A stretch of DNA of 11,265 nucleotides, from the IMG/VR virus record IMGVR_UViG_2541047828_000001. One strand, given 5' to 3'. Source of the DNA: a virus. Lineage: Duplodnaviria; Heunggongvirae; Uroviricota; Caudoviricetes. The notes under the pieces are model-generated. The model had not been told where the DNA came from, did no database searches, and worked only from the letters and a program-made list of their open reading frames with translations. Positions 7,191 through 11,265 of this stretch are shown one piece after another (within the stretch, counting starts at the first letter, position 1; every line of letters starts with the position of its first letter). A program made the translations under genes and the position numbers.

Positions 7191-7222
7191 CCCACAAAAA
7201 AGCCCGCCTGAACCGGCGGGCT
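7191..7222 (-). terminator. Intrinsic terminator between lom and stf
   Basis: Minus strand reads AGCCCGCC-GGTTCA-GGCGGGCT followed by TTTTTTGTGGGG. The perfect 8-bp GC-rich stem is at plus 7201-7222 and the T-run overlaps the stf ribosome-binding site. Confidence 0.6.
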
Positions 7223-7248
7223 GTCATAACACTGTGTTACCTGGCTAA

Positions 7249-7848
7249 TCAGAACTTATAACCGACACCCACGATGAAACCGTCAGTGCGCCAGTCGCCA
7301 CTGCCGGAGCCTTCATAAGCAATATCAATGGCCACGGATTCGGTCGGGTTAAACTGCACGCCAGTCCCCCACGCCAGAGACGTGTTGCTGCGGCGACCGT
7401 CATCACTTCCGGTCAGCACTTCGTGCGTTTTCCCCTTGTTGTCAGTTACGCGGAGATAATCCCCGGAGAAAGTAGAAATACGGCTGTAAGCCACACCCGC
7501 CATCGCATACGCGCTGAACCATTCATTCACGCGCACAGACGGCCCCGCCATCACGCTGAACCAGCGGTTACGCACGGAATCTTCATGCCAGCGGGTATCG
7601 CTGTAATGAGTCAGCTGGCGATTCTTGTCTTCTGCATAGCTGAATGACGTCACCATCCCCAGCGTGTCCGTAAACTCATAACGGTATTTCACGTTAATCC
7701 CGTTAAGATCATCGCTGCCGGGAACGTTCGTCGAGGCATGAAGATACCCCGCGCTCAGCGAGGACTGATGTTCAGACGCCCATGCAGGCGCACCGGATAC
7801 GACCAGACAGATGGCTGCGGACAAAATGGCTGCACAAACTTTACGCAT
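7249..7848 (-). CDS. lom: Lom outer-membrane protein (Ail/Lom/PagC family), 199 aa
   Basis: MRKVCAAILSAAICLVVSGAPAWASEHQSSLSAGYLHASTN... has a signal peptide with AWA|SE cleavage-like site, is near-identical to lambda Lom from memory, and ends in the beta-barrel terminal YKF. GAGAGG lies upstream of the ATG at 7846-7848. Confidence 0.9.
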   Translation of the reverse strand: MRKVCAAILSAAICLVVSGAPAWASEHQSSLSAGYLHASTNVPGSDDLNGINVKYRYEFTDTLGMVTSFSYAEDKNRQLTHYSDTRWHEDSVRNRWFSVMAGPSVRVNEWFSAYAMAGVAYSRISTFSGDYLRVTDNKGKTHEVLTGSDDGRRSNTSLAWGTGVQFNPTESVAIDIAYEGSGSGDWRTDGFIVGVGYKF

Positions 7849-7869
7849 AATTACCTCTCGCTTTTCTGC

Positions 7870-7899
7870 AATAAAAAAGGCGTCATTCCTGACGCCCTT
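7870..7899 (-). terminator. Intrinsic terminator between J and lom
   Basis: Minus strand reads GGCGTCA-GGAA-TGACGCC followed by TTTTTTATT, immediately after the J stop at 7919-7921. Confidence 0.6.
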
Positions 7900-7918
7900 T
7901 ATTGGGGTTATAACAATT

Positions 7919-10900
7919 TCAACGAATACTGATACCGGAAGCAGCCTTTTTGGTCACAATCACCGTACAGTCGGTGATATTGCCTGCCCCCTGATTGCCT
8001 TTCTGGAAAATCTTAAACTCCAGAGTGACGCTTCCCCTGCCACTCGGCATATCAATAACCGCACTGTAACTACCGGGAATGGCCCCTTTAGTTTCTCTGG
8101 ATGCGATTAATACGCCGTTTTTGCGAACTTCAAAACCATACCCCGTGTACCTTGTACCTCCCGGGTTATCACCACTTCCCGGATCGTCATACGCTATACC
8201 GTTAAAGATAATGGGCGGAATAATGATTTGACGGTCAAAGTTATGATCATCGCTGATGGTGACTGTAACCGTCCCGTCTGGTGTTTCCGTATTACCCCAC
8301 GTACCAGCCTGTTTCGGGAATGATTTGGATACTGTTTTAACAAAATCACCTCTGACCTGATTCGCCTCCAGCATGCCCTTAATCGTACAGTTTTCATTTA
8401 TCGTGACGTTGTTGAGCGTCCCGGAGTTCGCATTCACACTGCCACTGATATCCGCATTTTTAGCGGTCAGCTTTCCGTCCGGTGTCAGGGAAAATACCGG
8501 TGGATTTCCACCACTGGTAATGGTGGGGGCCGTCAGACGTTTGAGGAACACGTCGTTCATGAATATCTGGTTGCCCTGCGCCACAAACATCGGCGTTTCA
8601 TTCCCGTTTGCCGGGTCAATAAACGCGATACGGTTAGCAGCAACCAGAAACTGGCTCAGTTTGCCTTCCTCTGTATCCTCCATGCTGAGGCCAAGCCCCG
8701 CGACATAATGTTTGCCGTCTTTGGTCTGCTCAATTTTGACGCCCCACATGGCATTCCATTTATCGTTGGCGTCTTTCCACTCTTTCGAAAACTCCTCCAG
8801 TCTGCTGGCGTTATCCTCCGTCAGGTCGACTTTTTCCAGCAGCTCCTTGCCGAGATGGGATTCGGTTATCTGGCCTTTGAAAAAATCCAGGTAACCTTCC
8901 GCATCATCGCTCGCCCGACCGACGGCCTCCACGAATGTCGATTTGCCAACGGTGTTCACACTGCGGATATAAAAGTAATAATCATGGCCCGGTTTGATAT
9001 TGATACTGGCGGCTATCCAGTACAGCGCCGTACCAAGATAGCGGGCTGTGGTTTCAACCTGCCTGATATCGGTAATCCGCTTTTCCGAGAACCAGAACTC
9101 AAACTGTACTGTCGGGTCATAAACGGCAAGATGCGGCGTGGCGGTTATCTGAAAATAGCCCGGCGTCAGCTCAATCCTCGACGGTGTTGCCGGTGCGGCA
9201 ATCCGGAACGATACCGACGCCGGATCGCCCTGCTGTCCCCACGCATTTACCGCCCGGACTGTCAGCGTGTAGTTCCCCAGCGCCAGTTGCGTGAAGCGGT
9301 ATGTGGTTTCCGTCGTCCGGGCCGTGCTGACCAGCCGCTCACTGCCGTCATCCGCTGCCACGGTCAGGCGAAGCATAAAGCTCACCCCCTTCACCACCTT
9401 CGGCGTGTCCCAGCGCGCCAGCACCTGATATTCCCCGCTGTCTGCGGTGACTTCGGCAGTCAGGTGCTGCACCGCTGGCGGCGTGACACCATTCACCGTG
9501 CCGCTCTGGTCGCCGTCAAAGTGCGCCCCGTTATCCACGATGGCCTCTTTTTCCGGTACATGCTGCACGGCGGTGATGGCATACGTGCCGTCATCGTTCT
9601 CACGGATACTCACGCAGCGGAACAGACGCTGGCGCAGCGTCGGCAGCTTCAGCCCCCATACGCTGTATCCGGCAACGCCGTCAGGAACACGGCTCACTTT
9701 TACCTTCACGCCGTCGGTGACGGACTGGACCTCCACGCTGACCGGATTGCCACTTCCGTCAACCAGGCTTATCAGCGTGGTACCGGAGGATGGCAGCGTG
9801 ATTTCACGGTCGAGCGTCAGCGTCCGGGTCTGGCTGTTCACCGCCAGCACGCGCCCGCCGGTGCTGATCCCCGCATAGTCATCATCGCAGATTTCAATAA
9901 CATCACCCGGCACATGGCGAAGCCCTTCGGCACCCACGCTGAAATCCACGGTCTGCGTCTCCAGCAGCTCCGTTTTAATCAGCCACAGCCCGGCGCGGTG
10001 TGCCTGCCCCCGGCAGGTACAGCCAAAGGCATCCATCTTCGTAACATTACGACCGTAACGGGCAATGGCCTGCGTATCTTCAACAAGCTCTGTCGCCGTC
10101 TCCCAGCCGTTGTTCGGGTCAATCCAGTTCACCTCAACGGCATTATGGCGGTCCTTCAGGGCGCTGAAGCTGTAGCGGAACGGCGCGCCATCATCCGGCA
10201 TCACCACATTACTGCGGTTATAGGTCCACACCTTATCCGACGGTCGGTCCTGCACGAACGTCAGCGTCTGCCCGTTCCATACCGGCATACAGCGCATCGC
10301 CGAGCAGAAATCACTGAGCACATCCCACGCCTTGCGCTGTGTGGTCAGGTACGCATTACAGGTGATGCGCGGCTCCGTGCCGCCAAAGCCGTCCGGCACT
10401 GACTGGTCGCAGTACTGGCCGATGACATACAGCGCCCATTTATCCACATCCGCCGCACCAAGACGTTTCCCCATGCCGTAGCGCGGATGGGTCAGCATAT
10501 CCCACAGACACCAGGCCATGTTGTTGCTGTATGCCGGTTTAAACGTTCCGTCCCAGATACCGCTGTATTGCCGCGTCTGCGGGTTATAATTCGACGGCAC
10601 CTGCAGAATACGCCCGCGCAGATGATAATTACGGCTCACCTGCTGGCTGCCGAACTGCTCCGAGTCCACCTGCACGCCGACCAGTGCCGTGTTCGGGTAG
10701 CACTGTTTCACATCGATGATTTCGGTGTATGACGACCAGAGCGTTTTGTTCTGCAGCTGGTCTGTGGTGCTGTCCGGCGTCATCCTGCGCATCCGGATAT
10801 TAAACGGGCGCGGCGGCAGGTTATCCACCACCACCGAGGCCAGATACTGCGACGTGGTTTTGCCCTTAATGGTGATGTCTTTTTCCGTCACCCAGCCACC

Positions 10901-11265
10901 ATTACGCTGTATCTGAACCAGCAGGCGGACTTCCGACGGATTCCGATCACCCTTTGAGGTGGTTTCCACCAGTGCCTGCACGCCGAAAGTAAAACGCAGA
11001 CGGTCAATGTTTGCCGACGTGATGGTCCGGGTGATCGGCGTGTCATATTTCACTTCCGTACCCAGCACCGTCTCGGAGCCGGAGGATTCAAATCCCTCCG
11101 GCGGTGTCTGCTCCTGCTCACCTGCCCGGAACACCACCGTGACGCCGGAGATATTGGTATTCCCCTCACTGTCCAGCACCGGCGTACTGTTCAGCAGCAC
11201 GCTTTTTAATCCATCCACCGGACCTTCAACCGGCCCTTCGCTGATGGCATCGATCACACTCAGCA
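7919..11265 (-). CDS. J: Tail tip / host-specificity protein J (central tail fibre), 5'-partial; ~20 N-terminal codons lie beyond the window end
   Basis: A 1112-codon frame that is essentially collinear with lambda J from memory ([28 protein letters not shown]...). The apparent start at 11257 is an internal GTG; the frame stays open to the window edge (..LSVIDAIS). The last ~150 residues diverge from lambda J. Confidence 0.9.
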   Translation of the reverse strand, partial: LSVIDAISEGPVEGPVDGLKSVLLNSTPVLDSEGNTNISGVTVVFRAGEQEQTPPEGFESSGSETVLGTEVKYDTPITRTITSANIDRLRFTFGVQALVETTSKGDRNPSEVRLLVQIQRNGGWVTEKDITIKGKTTSQYLASVVVDNLPPRPFNIRMRRMTPDSTTDQLQNKTLWSSYTEIIDVKQCYPNTALVGVQVDSEQFGSQQVSRNYHLRGRILQVPSNYNPQTRQYSGIWDGTFKPAYSNNMAWCLWDMLTHPRYGMGKRLGAADVDKWALYVIGQYCDQSVPDGFGGTEPRITCNAYLTTQRKAWDVLSDFCSAMRCMPVWNGQTLTFVQDRPSDKVWTYNRSNVVMPDDGAPFRYSFSALKDRHNAVEVNWIDPNNGWETATELVEDTQAIARYGRNVTKMDAFGCTCRGQAHRAGLWLIKTELLETQTVDFSVGAEGLRHVPGDVIEICDDDYAGISTGGRVLAVNSQTRTLTLDREITLPSSGTTLISLVDGSGNPVSVEVQSVTDGVKVKVSRVPDGVAGYSVWGLKLPTLRQRLFRCVSIRENDDGTYAITAVQHVPEKEAIVDNGAHFDGDQSGTVNGVTPPAVQHLTAEVTADSGEYQVLARWDTPKVVKGVSFMLRLTVAADDGSERLVSTARTTETTYRFTQLALGNYTLTVRAVNAWGQQGDPASVSFRIAAPATPSRIELTPGYFQITATPHLAVYDPTVQFEFWFSEKRITDIRQVETTARYLGTALYWIAASINIKPGHDYYFYIRSVNTVGKSTFVEAVGRASDDAEGYLDFFKGQITESHLGKELLEKVDLTEDNASRLEEFSKEWKDANDKWNAMWGVKIEQTKDGKHYVAGLGLSMEDTEEGKLSQFLVAANRIAFIDPANGNETPMFVAQGNQIFMNDVFLKRLTAPTITSGGNPPVFSLTPDGKLTAKNADISGSVNANSGTLNNVTINENCTIKGMLEANQVRGDFVKTVSKSFPKQAGTWGNTETPDGTVTVTISDDHNFDRQIIIPPIIFNGIAYDDPGSGDNPGGTRYTGYGFEVRKNGVLIASRETKGAIPGSYSAVIDMPSGRGSVTLEFKIFQKGNQGAGNITDCTVIVTKKAASGISIR

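Noticed and set aside
8708-10402. 564-codon ORF on the plus strand (plus several shorter ones at 7811-8110, 8373-8708, 9447-9878, 10487-10916)
   Set aside because: All lie antisense to J, which has an unbroken lambda-J-like frame. The products are Arg/His/Pro-rich with no recognisable motifs or SD, typical of stop-poor antisense frames in GC-rich genes.

Overview
This 11.3-kb window reads as the tail-fibre end of a lambda-like prophage of Escherichia/Shigella, in the arrangement I know from the K-12 Qin prophage (ydfJ, ydfK, pinQ, tail-fibre genes), together with the adjoining host DNA. All identifications are from reading the sequence and from memory of reference proteins; no database search was run. 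Left to right: (1) bases 1-225 are the end of an IS1 copy (insA on the minus strand), inserted after codon 39 of a mannitol-dehydrogenase-family gene (ydfI-like). (2) An MFS transporter gene (ydfJ) follows, whose ORF begins inside the conserved N-terminal family motif, so it is 5'-truncated; this probably marks the prophage/host junction. (3) An AT-rich ~0.8-kb spacer contains a 37-codon hydrophobic small ORF and the small gene ydfK. (4) An intact Pin-type serine invertase gene converges on the tail-fibre gene. (5) On the minus strand lie the late-operon genes J (5' end beyond the window), lom and a ~1090-codon side tail fibre gene stf, each followed by a hairpin plus T-run terminator. The most unusual feature is stf: it has a lambda-like N-terminus and Ala/Ser-rich repeats, a lower-GC distal part, and a C-terminal Peptidase-S74-type self-cleaving chaperone domain. 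Directly after its stop codon, in frame, sits a start-less relic of the last ~45 codons of tfa, so the usual separate Tfa chaperone gene is absent. I see no CRISPR array, tRNA, rRNA or obvious multi-gene defence system. Several six-frame ORFs are antisense or low-complexity artefacts.
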